Below the pieces are notes generated by a model. It saw nothing but the letters and a program-made list of their open reading frames with translations. It ran no database searches and had not been told where the DNA came from. The translations under genes were made by a program, and so were the position numbers. Below, piece by piece: positions 1 to 7,824 of a DNA stretch of 52,061 bases (positions are counted from its first letter, which is position 1; every line of letters begins with the position of its first letter). Source of the stretch: Thermoplasmata archaeon (lineage in GTDB: Archaea > Thermoplasmatota > Thermoplasmata > Lutacidiplasmatales > UBA184). Location: the NCBI GenBank assembly GCA_021798415.1, contig JAJZGO010000003.1, positions 1 to 52,061 of the forward strand, given 5' to 3'.

Positions 1-17
1 ACCCGTCGTCCTGGTGG

Positions 18-2075
18 ATGCGCGACGGGAACTCGACGGCCCTCGCGGCGGTCTGGACCGGGCTCCCTCCCGGGTGCGAGAACATCCCCCTCTGGTACCG
101 CTGGTCGGACCCGCCGGGACCCGGGGCGGGAACCCTCGCGTCGTCCGACCAGAACTCGACCGTCTTCACCGCGGCTTCCCTCGACCCCGGAACGTCGGAG
201 GTCCGTGTGGAGGCCGCGACGGTCGTGCGTTGCGGCGCCGACGAGACGGTCGTCGACGCGACCGCCGGCTCGAACGTCACGGTCGTGGCGCCTCTCGCCC
301 TCGACCGGCTCACGGTCACGCCGGACCCGGTACCCGCGGGCGCCGTGGCCAACCTCTCGGGGGTCCTGGTCGGAGGCGCTCCCCCGTACCGGCTCGAGGT
401 CGCCTGGGGTGACGGGGCGGTCTCGTTCGCGAACGTGAGCGCTACCGGCGCGTTCTCGTTGGGTCACGGATTCCCGGCCGGCGACTTCGGACCCACCGTC
501 GTGGCGACCGATGCGTCCGGTCAGCGCGCGAACGCGTCGACCGACGAACCGCTCTACTCGAGCGGGGGGCTCGCGGTCGGGATCCGCCCCTCCACGACGG
601 TCGCCGAGGTCGGAGTACCGGTCGGGTTCGCGGGCGTGGTCATCGACCCTCCGACGGCGTACGGCTCCGCATCGCTCTGCACCGGACCGGGAGGCGGCGT
701 CGCCCGCCGGCCCCCGGCGGACGCGACCGCCGAGAATTTCAGCTGCACGTTCGCGAACCCGGGGACGGCGCAGGTCGAGTTCGAGGTCGTGCCGGTCTCT
801 TCGCAGGTCCCCCCGGCCTCGGCCGAGCTCTCCGAACCGGTCGAGCCACAGCTCGGGCTCGAGGTCGTGACCCCGCCGGCGAGCGCGGAAGCGGGACGCG
901 TCGCGGGCGTGAGCGCGACCGTCACGGGCGGAGTGCCCCCGTTCGCGATCTCCTGGCAGCTCTCGGGGACGGCGAACCTCTCGTCGACCACGCTCGCCAC
1001 CGACGGGACCGTCGAACTCCCGATCCTCGCGGGCCGTCCCGGCAGCTACGTCGCGACCGTGACGGTCGTCGACGGAGTCGGCGAGGTGGCGGCGAACTCT
1101 TCCTCGACCCTCGAGGTCGCGCCGCGACTCTTCGCGTCGGCGGCGGTGGGTCGTACCGTCACGCCGAACGGAACGGCGGTCGAGGTGGCGGGCACGGTCA
1201 CCGCGGGCGACGGTCCGTACCTCTGGGCGGTCGTTCCCTCGCTCGTCCCGGCGTTCGGGAGCCCGCAGAACGGCTCGCTCGTCACCGCCGCCGGCTTCGA
1301 CTGGAACGGGACGTTCTCCGAGGAGGGGAACGTATCGGTGACGGTCGCGGTCGTGGACCAGGACGGGGCGGGCTGGTGGGCCGCCCTCCCCACGCCGCTC
1401 GTTTCCCCCCTCCGCGTGGACGGCGGCCTGAACGCGAGCCGCGACGGGAACTCGACACTCCTTCGGCTCGGACTCACGATCGAGGGCGGCCTCCCGCCGT
1501 TCGTCGTCGAGGCGAACGCGACGCGGGGCGTCGAGGGGAACCTCTCGGCCCCCTCGGACGGGTCGTTCTCCTACTCGTGGGTCGTCAACGGCACCGGCGC
1601 GTTCGGCCTGACGGTCGCCGTCCTCGATCGGCTGGGGGCCCGGGCGACGGTGAACCTGAGCGCTTCGACGCCCGCGTCCTCGCCTCCACCGTCCTCGCCG
1701 CCGCCGTCGGCCCCGCCGCCCGGGTCCGCGCCCCCTCTTCCCTCGACCGCCCCCCCGGTGCTCGACGTCACGGTCGGCACGACGCTCGCGGTGGCCCTCG
1801 CGCTGGGAGCGGCGGGCGTGTGGACCCGTTGGCGGCGCCGGGACCGTTCCCCCCAGGGACCCGCGCCCGAGCCCGACGCGGTCGCGGTGCTGCGGGGGAT
1901 CATCGAGCCGGCCGACGGCGTCGACCGGTCGACCGTCGAGCTCCTCGCCGAGGAGGAGGGGGTCCCGCTCGCCCGGGCGCGCTCCACGCTCGACCGCCTC
2001 GTCGCCGAGGGGACGGTCCGCTCCGAGACCGGGGCGGACGGGGAGGAGGTGCTCGCGTGGTCGACGCGCGCGTGA
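18..2075 (+). CDS. Large glycosylated surface protein (PKD/Ig-like beta repeats, Pro/Ser linker, TM helix, C-terminal winged-helix-like domain); probably 5'-truncated by the window edge
   Basis: Frame is open from position 3. Val/Thr/Gly/Ala-rich beta-strand repeats; 19 of 21 Asn lie in N-x-S/T sequons; PPPSSPPPSAPPP linker; TM segment VTVGTTLAVALALGAAGVW followed by RWRRR; helical tail VDRSTVELLAEEEGVPLARARSTLDRLVAEGTVRSE. Stop overlaps the next start (GTGA). Confidence 0.75.
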   Translation: MRDGNSTALAAVWTGLPPGCENIPLWYRWSDPPGPGAGTLASSDQNSTVFTAASLDPGTSEVRVEAATVVRCGADETVVDATAGSNVTVVAPLALDRLTVTPDPVPAGAVANLSGVLVGGAPPYRLEVAWGDGAVSFANVSATGAFSLGHGFPAGDFGPTVVATDASGQRANASTDEPLYSSGGLAVGIRPSTTVAEVGVPVGFAGVVIDPPTAYGSASLCTGPGGGVARRPPADATAENFSCTFANPGTAQVEFEVVPVSSQVPPASAELSEPVEPQLGLEVVTPPASAEAGRVAGVSATVTGGVPPFAISWQLSGTANLSSTTLATDGTVELPILAGRPGSYVATVTVVDGVGEVAANSSSTLEVAPRLFASAAVGRTVTPNGTAVEVAGTVTAGDGPYLWAVVPSLVPAFGSPQNGSLVTAAGFDWNGTFSEEGNVSVTVAVVDQDGAGWWAALPTPLVSPLRVDGGLNASRDGNSTLLRLGLTIEGGLPPFVVEANATRGVEGNLSAPSDGSFSYSWVVNGTGAFGLTVAVLDRLGARATVNLSASTPASSPPPSSPPPSAPPPGSAPPLPSTAPPVLDVTVGTTLAVALALGAAGVWTRWRRRDRSPQGPAPEPDAVAVLRGIIEPADGVDRSTVELLAEEEGVPLARARSTLDRLVAEGTVRSETGADGEEVLAWSTRA

Positions 2076-2467
2076 CCCGCTCCTTTCGGAGGCGGCGCAC
2101 CCCCGCCGGCCTCGGGGCCGCGCTGCTCGTCGCCCTCCTCGTGGCCCTCGCGCTCCTTCCGGCCTTTGCCGCGGCGAAACCGTCCGCGAACACGGCCCCC
2201 CCACCGTCGGGCTCGGCGGCCTCTCCCGCGGTCGGGAACTTCACCGCCGCGGTCAATCGGCTGGTCGAGCTCGTGGGCCTCGCCGGGAGCGGACTCCTCG
2301 CGCTCGTCTGGGCCCGCGTCGCCCTGAGCTGGTTCTCGAACGACATCACGAAGAAGGTCCAGGCCAAGGACCGGGCGAGGGACGCGCTGGTCGGCACCCT
2401 CCTCTTCACCGCGGCGATCACGGGCCTGTTCTGGGGCCTCGCGCACTGGGTCCTGACGGGCGTGTAG
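2072..2467 (+). CDS. VirB2/TrbC-like T4SS pilin (signal peptide plus two hydrophobic helices)
   Basis: GTG at 2072 overlaps the upstream TGA. Signal-like LLVALLVALALLPAFAAA; two hydrophobic helices joined by the basic loop NDITKKVQAKDRARDALVG; 131 aa; lies upstream of VirB6-like and VirB4-like genes. Confidence 0.65.
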   Translation: MTRSFRRRRTPAGLGAALLVALLVALALLPAFAAAKPSANTAPPPSGSAASPAVGNFTAAVNRLVELVGLAGSGLLALVWARVALSWFSNDITKKVQAKDRARDALVGTLLFTAAITGLFWGLAHWVLTGV

Positions 2468-2481
2468 GAGCGTACGGCGGG

Positions 2482-3618
2482 ATGCTCGGCCTCAGCCTCG
2501 GCGACCTCATCCGCGCGATCCTGTTCCTCTTCTTTGCGAACCTGACCGCGCTCGTCGCGGCGGTGACGGGGCCGACGTACGACCACCTCCTCGTCCCCGA
2601 GCTCGGGACGGGGGCGCTCTACCCATCGCTCGCCGCGGGCGCTTCGGACCCGACGAACTTCCTCGCCTCGGCCGCCCGGTTCTCGACCTTCACGATCGCG
2701 AACGTGGTCGACCCGGCCATCACCCTGGTCGCCCTCGGGGTCGCGGTCTCCTACCTCGCCAAACCGTTGGTCGCCCGCTGGGCGGCCACGCTCGACGGGC
2801 TCCTTCCGCGCCTCGTCCTCGCGGTCGTCGCCGCGAACTTCACGGTGCCGATCGCGGGGGCGATCCTCGGCCTCGGGGGCGCCCTCTATCCGGTCTTCAC
2901 CGGCTGGGACGGCGGGGCCTGGCAGCAGTGGGTCCACTTGGCCGGGTGGGGGGAGTACAGCTTCTCCTGGGACAACGGGGTGGTCGCGTTCGTCCTCGCG
3001 ATCGTGCAGTTCGCCGTCGTCTTCGCGCTCGTGCTCGCGGTCGGGGTCCGGGACGCCGTCCTCGCCGTCCTCCTCGTCCTTTTGCCGCTCGTCAGCCTCC
3101 TATGGCCGATCCGCCCGCTCGCACCGCTCGCGCGGCGTGCGTGGCTCCTCTTCGTGGAGCTCGTCTTCCTTCCCTGCGTCCTCGTCGTCCCGCTCGAGCT
3201 CGCGGTCGGCAGCCCGAACCCGGTGATGCTCGTCGCGTTCCTCGGCACCGCCGTCGCCTCCCCCTACTTCCTCTCCCTCGCCGGCACCCAGCTCGTCGCG
3301 TTCGGCTTCCCCGGCAGCGGCAGCACGATCCACCCCGGCGTGCAGCGAGGCTGGGGGGCCGCGTCGTCCGCTGCGGTCGGGCCCGCGAAGCCGGCGGCGG
3401 CGAGCGCCGCTCGGTCGAGCCCGACCATCGGGCGGGCGTTCGCCGGGGCGACCCGGGCGGCGGGGAGCGCGGCGGTGCCCGTCGCGGCGCCCCTCGCGGC
3501 CGTCGAGCTCGTCGGCCACGGGGCCCTCCACCTCGTGCGGCACCTGTCGCACCGGGCGGGCGGGTCTGGAGCGCCTCCCGGCCGCTTCGACCCGGGCCCC
3601 CGCGGAGGGGCGAAATGA
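2482..3618 (+). CDS. VirB6/TrbL/CedA-like polytopic membrane protein
   Basis: 378 aa with 6-7 hydrophobic segments; pattern VRDAVLAVLLVLLPLVSLLWP...ARRAWLLFVELVFLP resembles VirB6-like channel subunits; Ala/Gly-rich cytoplasmic tail; operon context. Confidence 0.6.
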   Translation: MLGLSLGDLIRAILFLFFANLTALVAAVTGPTYDHLLVPELGTGALYPSLAAGASDPTNFLASAARFSTFTIANVVDPAITLVALGVAVSYLAKPLVARWAATLDGLLPRLVLAVVAANFTVPIAGAILGLGGALYPVFTGWDGGAWQQWVHLAGWGEYSFSWDNGVVAFVLAIVQFAVVFALVLAVGVRDAVLAVLLVLLPLVSLLWPIRPLAPLARRAWLLFVELVFLPCVLVVPLELAVGSPNPVMLVAFLGTAVASPYFLSLAGTQLVAFGFPGSGSTIHPGVQRGWGAASSAAVGPAKPAAASAARSSPTIGRAFAGATRAAGSAAVPVAAPLAAVELVGHGALHLVRHLSHRAGGSGAPPGRFDPGPRGGAK

Positions 3619-3619
3619 G

Positions 3620-4393
3620 ATGCCGACCGAGGCACCCCGGGTGGCGTTCCCCGAACGGACGGACCGCCGCCTGCGCCTCGGGCCGTTCCCCTCGGCCCGC
3701 GACGCGCTCAAGTTCCTCGCGTACGCCGCCGTCGGGGCGGTCCTCGCCCCGGCGCTCGGCCCGGGCGTCGCGCTGCCCCTGGTCGCCGCCGGCTTCGGAC
3801 TCGCCGTGTGGCGTCCGGACGGCCAGGCGGTCGACGAGCGGGCGCTCTCGTTCGCGCGGTGGAGGTTCCGGTCCGTCCGTCGGGAGGCCGTCGTGAGCGA
3901 CGGCCCCCTCTCCCCTCTATTGCGGAACGGCTTCTTCCGCGTCGGCCCGTCACGCTTCGCGATCGTCCTCCGATCGGGGGGCACGCCGGTCGCGTACCTT
4001 CCCCCGGGCGACCTCGCCCATCGGTTCGAGCTGTACCGGGAGCTCCTTCGCGCGACCGAGGGCCCCGTCGCCCTCTACGTGACGTCGGTCCCGCTCCGCG
4101 CGACACCGTTCGTTCCGGTGCGATCGGATTCGACCGGACCCGACCGGGAGGCCCGCGCGGGGTACGGAGAGCTCGTGGAGCTCCTGTGCCGCCGGCGCTC
4201 GGGCCGGAGGGTCTACCTCGCGGTCGCCGCCTCCGTCACCGGTACCGAAGCGGTCGTTTCCCTCGAAGCGGAGGCGGCCCGCCTCATCGACCGCCTCGCC
4301 GCCTTCGGGCTGCGGGCGGTCCGCCTCAAGGACCGCGAGCTCGCCGACGCCGGCCGACGGTTCGGTTGGCCGATCCCGCCCGGAGGCCCATGA
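3620..4393 (+). CDS. PrgI/VirB3-like membrane protein with a C-terminal soluble domain
   Basis: N-terminus DRRLRLGPFPSARDALKFLAY, two TM helices, then WRPDGQAVDERALSFARW (PrgI-like layout), then about 160 aa of alpha/beta domain; upstream of VirB4-like ATPase. Confidence 0.55.
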   Translation: MPTEAPRVAFPERTDRRLRLGPFPSARDALKFLAYAAVGAVLAPALGPGVALPLVAAGFGLAVWRPDGQAVDERALSFARWRFRSVRREAVVSDGPLSPLLRNGFFRVGPSRFAIVLRSGGTPVAYLPPGDLAHRFELYRELLRATEGPVALYVTSVPLRATPFVPVRSDSTGPDREARAGYGELVELLCRRRSGRRVYLAVAASVTGTEAVVSLEAEAARLIDRLAAFGLRAVRLKDRELADAGRRFGWPIPPGGP

Positions 4394-4764
4394 CCGCGAC
4401 GGAGCCACCGGGCCCTCCGGCCGAGTTCGAGGCGTTCGGTGCTGCGGTCGGGAGCGCGGTCGTCGCGGGCGGGCTCTCGATCGTCGCACCGTTCCTGAGC
4501 GCCCTCACCGCCGCGCTCGCGGCCCTCGCGGTCGCCGGATGGTTCTCCCGCCTGCACGAGAGCGGGTCCGCGCGGCGGGAGGTCGTCCGGTCCGACCGGC
4601 TGGCCGCCGCCGCCCTCGTCGGCGCCGCGGTCGTCGTCTTCCTCGTCCCGGTTCCGGAGCTCGAGAACCTCAAGGCGCTCCTCCTCGGCCTCTCGTTCGT
4701 CCCGTTGTGGCTCGTCGAGCGACGCGGCCCGGGGACACCGCGGCCGGTCGGGAGGGTCGGATGA
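4390..4764 (+). CDS. Small membrane protein (about 4 TM), T4SS-like operon
   Basis: ATGA overlaps at both ends (4390-4393 and 4761-4764); 124 aa, mostly hydrophobic. Confidence 0.7.
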   Translation: MTATEPPGPPAEFEAFGAAVGSAVVAGGLSIVAPFLSALTAALAALAVAGWFSRLHESGSARREVVRSDRLAAAALVGAAVVVFLVPVPELENLKALLLGLSFVPLWLVERRGPGTPRPVGRVG

Positions 4765-6425
4765 ACCCGGCCGCCCGGACCCGGACGAAGGTCGAGGGGG
4801 CGACCTGGGAGCGCGTCGGTCGACACTACCGCGCCCCGCTCCTCGTCCGCCAGTTCCCCACCGAGGTGCCGTTCGGATTCCTCGGTCGGGTCCTGCCCGC
4901 GACCGAGCCGGCCGACCTCGTGCTCGAGGCCCACCGGATCCCGCCGGCGCGGGCCCTCGCTCTTCTCGAGGCGGCCCGGGCGGTCGCGGCCGCGGAGCTC
5001 TCGGGCGGAGGGGCGAACGGCGACACGGCGGAGCTCGAGGCCGAGCAGGAGAGCGCGGAAGAGCTCGGCAGCGCCATCGCCCGGAGGGCGCAGGAGCTCT
5101 GGAAGGTCGGTCTCTGCCTGGTGGCCCGGGGTCCGTCGCGCCCCCGCGTCGAGGCCGCGCGGACCCGGCTCGTCGAGCGGCTCGCGACGCTCGGGTTCCG
5201 GACTCGCGTGCCCCGGTACGAGGTCGCGTCGGCGCTCGCGCCGGCCGACTTCGGGGTCACGAACGGCCGGCCGGGAGGGTACTGGCAGACGTTGCCGAGC
5301 GACGGGCTCGCCGCCCTCTTCCCGTTCGGGGACGAGAGCGTTCTCGAGCCGGCGGGGGTCCTGGTGGGTCTCGCGCTCGCCGACGCGAGCCCGGTCTTCC
5401 TCGACCGGTGGTCGCACTCGAGCCATTCGTGGGGGATCTTCGGCTCGACCGGTGCCGGCAAGTCGTTCGCCGCGGCGCTGATCGCGTTGCGGACGCGGTG
5501 GCTACGCCCCGAGGTCGACCTGATCGTCCTCGACCCGCTCGGGGAGTACGGATCGCTCGTCCGCGCCCTCGGCGGCTCGGTCGTTCGGCTCGCCGACGGC
5601 GAGCGCGGCCGGCTGAACCCGCTCGACCCCGTGACGACGGGCGGGGACCGGCGGGAGAAGGCCGCGCGCGTCGGCGCGATGCTGCGAGCGCTCTTTCCGA
5701 GCCTTCGCGACGAAGAGGCCGCCGCGCTCGACACGGCCGTCTCCCGGCTCTACGACCGTGGTCCCGAGGTCCCGACGTTCGACGATCTGATGGCGAGCGT
5801 CACCCTCGGCCGGGAGGCGAGCGACCGGCTCGCGACCCTTCTCGAAGTGTTCCGCTCCGGGTCGCTCTCGGGCGCCAACGGCCCGACGACCCTCCGCCTC
5901 GACGCGGGGCCGGTCTCGGTCGACTTTCGGGGCGTCGCCGAGGACCAGCTCCCGTTCCATCTCGCGTACGTGCTCGACTGGGCGTACGGGAGGCTGCGCG
6001 AGCGGCCCGGACCGAAGCTCCTCCTGGTCGACGAGGCGCACCTCCTCGTACGACACGCGGCGACCGCCGGGTTCCTCGACCGCGTCGTCCGCCACATCCG
6101 CCACTACAACGCCGGCGTGCTCGTCCTGAGCCAGAACCCGGACGACTTCCTCGAGCACGCGAGCGGACGATCGACCCTGCGCAACCTCTACGCGACCGCG
6201 CTCCTCCGCCTTCGGGAGGTGTCGCCCGGTACCCGAGAGTTCTTCGGACTCACCGACGCCGAGGCGGAGTGGCTTCCGAAGGCCCGTCTGCCGCGTGAGG
6301 CGGGGTATTCGGAATCTCTCTGGCGGATCGGGGACCTCCACCTTCCGCTGGCGCTCGTTGCCTCGACGCCCGAGTACGAGTTCCTCAACCGGGCGCTCGG
6401 CCCGGAGCCCCCGGCGCCGCCGTGA
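4761..6425 (+). CDS. VirB4-like (CedB/TedB/HerA-FtsK superfamily) ATPase
   Basis: SD GGAGG before ATG 4761; Walker A GSTGAGKS, IVLDPLGEY, LNPLD, Walker B LLLVDEAH, RHYNAGVLVLSQNPDDF; 554 aa. Confidence 0.85.
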   Translation: MNPAARTRTKVEGATWERVGRHYRAPLLVRQFPTEVPFGFLGRVLPATEPADLVLEAHRIPPARALALLEAARAVAAAELSGGGANGDTAELEAEQESAEELGSAIARRAQELWKVGLCLVARGPSRPRVEAARTRLVERLATLGFRTRVPRYEVASALAPADFGVTNGRPGGYWQTLPSDGLAALFPFGDESVLEPAGVLVGLALADASPVFLDRWSHSSHSWGIFGSTGAGKSFAAALIALRTRWLRPEVDLIVLDPLGEYGSLVRALGGSVVRLADGERGRLNPLDPVTTGGDRREKAARVGAMLRALFPSLRDEEAAALDTAVSRLYDRGPEVPTFDDLMASVTLGREASDRLATLLEVFRSGSLSGANGPTTLRLDAGPVSVDFRGVAEDQLPFHLAYVLDWAYGRLRERPGPKLLLVDEAHLLVRHAATAGFLDRVVRHIRHYNAGVLVLSQNPDDFLEHASGRSTLRNLYATALLRLREVSPGTREFFGLTDAEAEWLPKARLPREAGYSESLWRIGDLHLPLALVASTPEYEFLNRALGPEPPAPP

Positions 6426-6479
6426 GCGGCTGCCCGTCGAAAGCGAGGTTTATAGGCCGGTACTGGGCCGGGTCCGGCC

Positions 6480-7010
6480 GTGGGCGGCGAGGCGACGATC
6501 GAAGGGCCCGCCCGTCGTCGGACGAGCTGGAGCCTGAAGGCGATCGTCGAGGATGTCGCGGGCCGCCCGATCGGCGAGCTCCAGGACCCGGCCCGTCCGG
6601 TCCATCCGTACCTCGAAGGCAAGATCGCGAAGCTTCCTCCTCGCCCCGCAATCGCGCCCGCGGATGGCGACGAGTACGACCCGATCGACCACGTCTACCC
6701 GCCGCTCGTCGGGCCGACCGGACGTCGCTACCACGGCCCCGACCACGAGCATCACCAGGAGACGATCGAGCGCCACCGCCTCCTCACGGACGCGGCCGGC
6801 AACCCGCTACGCCGACCCGGACCGTCGCACCGGCCCGAGCGGCTCTACCTGCACTACCTCCTCCTCCACCTCGACCGGCTCGGCGACACGGGGCTCCGCT
6901 ACCTCCGGGCGGCGATCGACGAGGAGCTCAACCACCGGGAGACCCCGCCCCCGACCCCGGAGCCGACGGCGCTGGCGGCCAAAGCCCCCGAGCCCGAGCC
7001 CTCCGGGTGA
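6480..7010 (+). CDS. Hypothetical His-rich protein
   Basis: TTTATA at 6449-6454, about 25 nt before GTG; 176 aa with a globular-looking core; 3' end overlaps the convergent methyltransferase by 83 nt. Confidence 0.6.
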   Translation: MGGEATIEGPARRRTSWSLKAIVEDVAGRPIGELQDPARPVHPYLEGKIAKLPPRPAIAPADGDEYDPIDHVYPPLVGPTGRRYHGPDHEHHQETIERHRLLTDAAGNPLRRPGPSHRPERLYLHYLLLHLDRLGDTGLRYLRAAIDEELNHRETPPPTPEPTALAAKAPEPEPSG

Positions 7011-7773
7011 GCTCGTCATAGACGACCGGGTCCCACTCGACGCCGACCGCGTTCCGTCCCGAGGCGACCGCGGCCCACAGCGTCGTCCCGGTCCCCGCGA
7101 ACGGGTCGAGCACGGTGTCGCCGACGACGGAGAACATCCGCACCAAGCGCTCCGCGATCGCCGACGGGAACGCGCCCGTCCGCCGCTCCCGCGGGCCCTG
7201 GGGAGCCCCCCGGACGTCGCTCCAGACCTGGCTGAACCACGCGTCGCGCTCCGCCCGGGCGAGGCGGCTCGCGAGCCGGCGGGGGTCGTGCGGCGCGAAC
7301 CGGCGCAGGCCTCCCTTGCGGAAGAGGAGGAGGAACTCGCAGTCGAGGGTGACGTAGGCGTTCGGCGGCAGGAACCCCGACCCGAGGAAGGCGTTCGGCC
7401 GGTTCGTCGGCTTCTTCCAGAGGACGTACGGGAGCGGCGTGAACCCCGCCCGGGCCGCGCTCTCGAGCACCGCGGCGTGGTTCGGCCAGAGCCGAAAGCC
7501 CCCCGCGTCCGAGCGCAGGGCGTCGCCGACGTTCACCGCGAGGATCCCGCCGGCCACGAGCGTGCGATGACACTCCCGCCACGCCTCTCCGAGGACCGAG
7601 TGCATCTGCGCGTACTCGGTCGCGCCGAGCGCGGCGAAGAGGCCGTCCCACTGCGGGATCATCGGGTACGGCGGCGAAGTGACGACGAGGTGGACCGACC
7701 CGGCGGCGAGCGCCGCGACGTCCCGAGCGTCACCACGGAGGAGCCGGACCGTCGGGGGCGGGGAGGGGGACAC
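6928..7773 (-). CDS. Site-specific DNA methyltransferase, N4/N6 beta class (orphan; resembles CTAG m4C Zim/M.MthZI-type enzymes)
   Basis: Catalytic motif TSPPY precedes SAM motif DPFAGTGTT; LWKKPTN...GSGFLPPNAYVTL segment; GTG 7773 lies 23 nt from a TATTAA box. Specificity is inferred from remembered family resemblance. Confidence 0.85.
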   Translation of the reverse strand: MSPSPPPTVRLLRGDARDVAALAAGSVHLVVTSPPYPMIPQWDGLFAALGATEYAQMHSVLGEAWRECHRTLVAGGILAVNVGDALRSDAGGFRLWPNHAAVLESAARAGFTPLPYVLWKKPTNRPNAFLGSGFLPPNAYVTLDCEFLLLFRKGGLRRFAPHDPRRLASRLARAERDAWFSQVWSDVRGAPQGPRERRTGAFPSAIAERLVRMFSVVGDTVLDPFAGTGTTLWAAVASGRNAVGVEWDPVVYDELTRRARARGLWPPAPSAPGSGAGSPGG

Positions 7774-7793
7774 CGGCGCCGAGCACCCATCGA

Positions 7794-7803
7794 CAGTTAA
7801 TAC
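7794..7803. promoter_or_regulatory. Bidirectional TATA box shared by the methyltransferase and HPS-RraA genes
   Basis: TTAATA/TATTAA at 7797-7802 lies 22 nt from ATG 7825 (+) and 23 nt from GTG 7773 (-). Confidence 0.55.
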
Positions 7804-7824
7804 GGCCGCCACCTCGACGGTTCG

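Noticed and set aside
1676-1757. CCG/TCG-rich quasi-repeat
   Set aside because: Encodes the Pro/Ser linker of the surface protein; not a CRISPR or DNA repeat.
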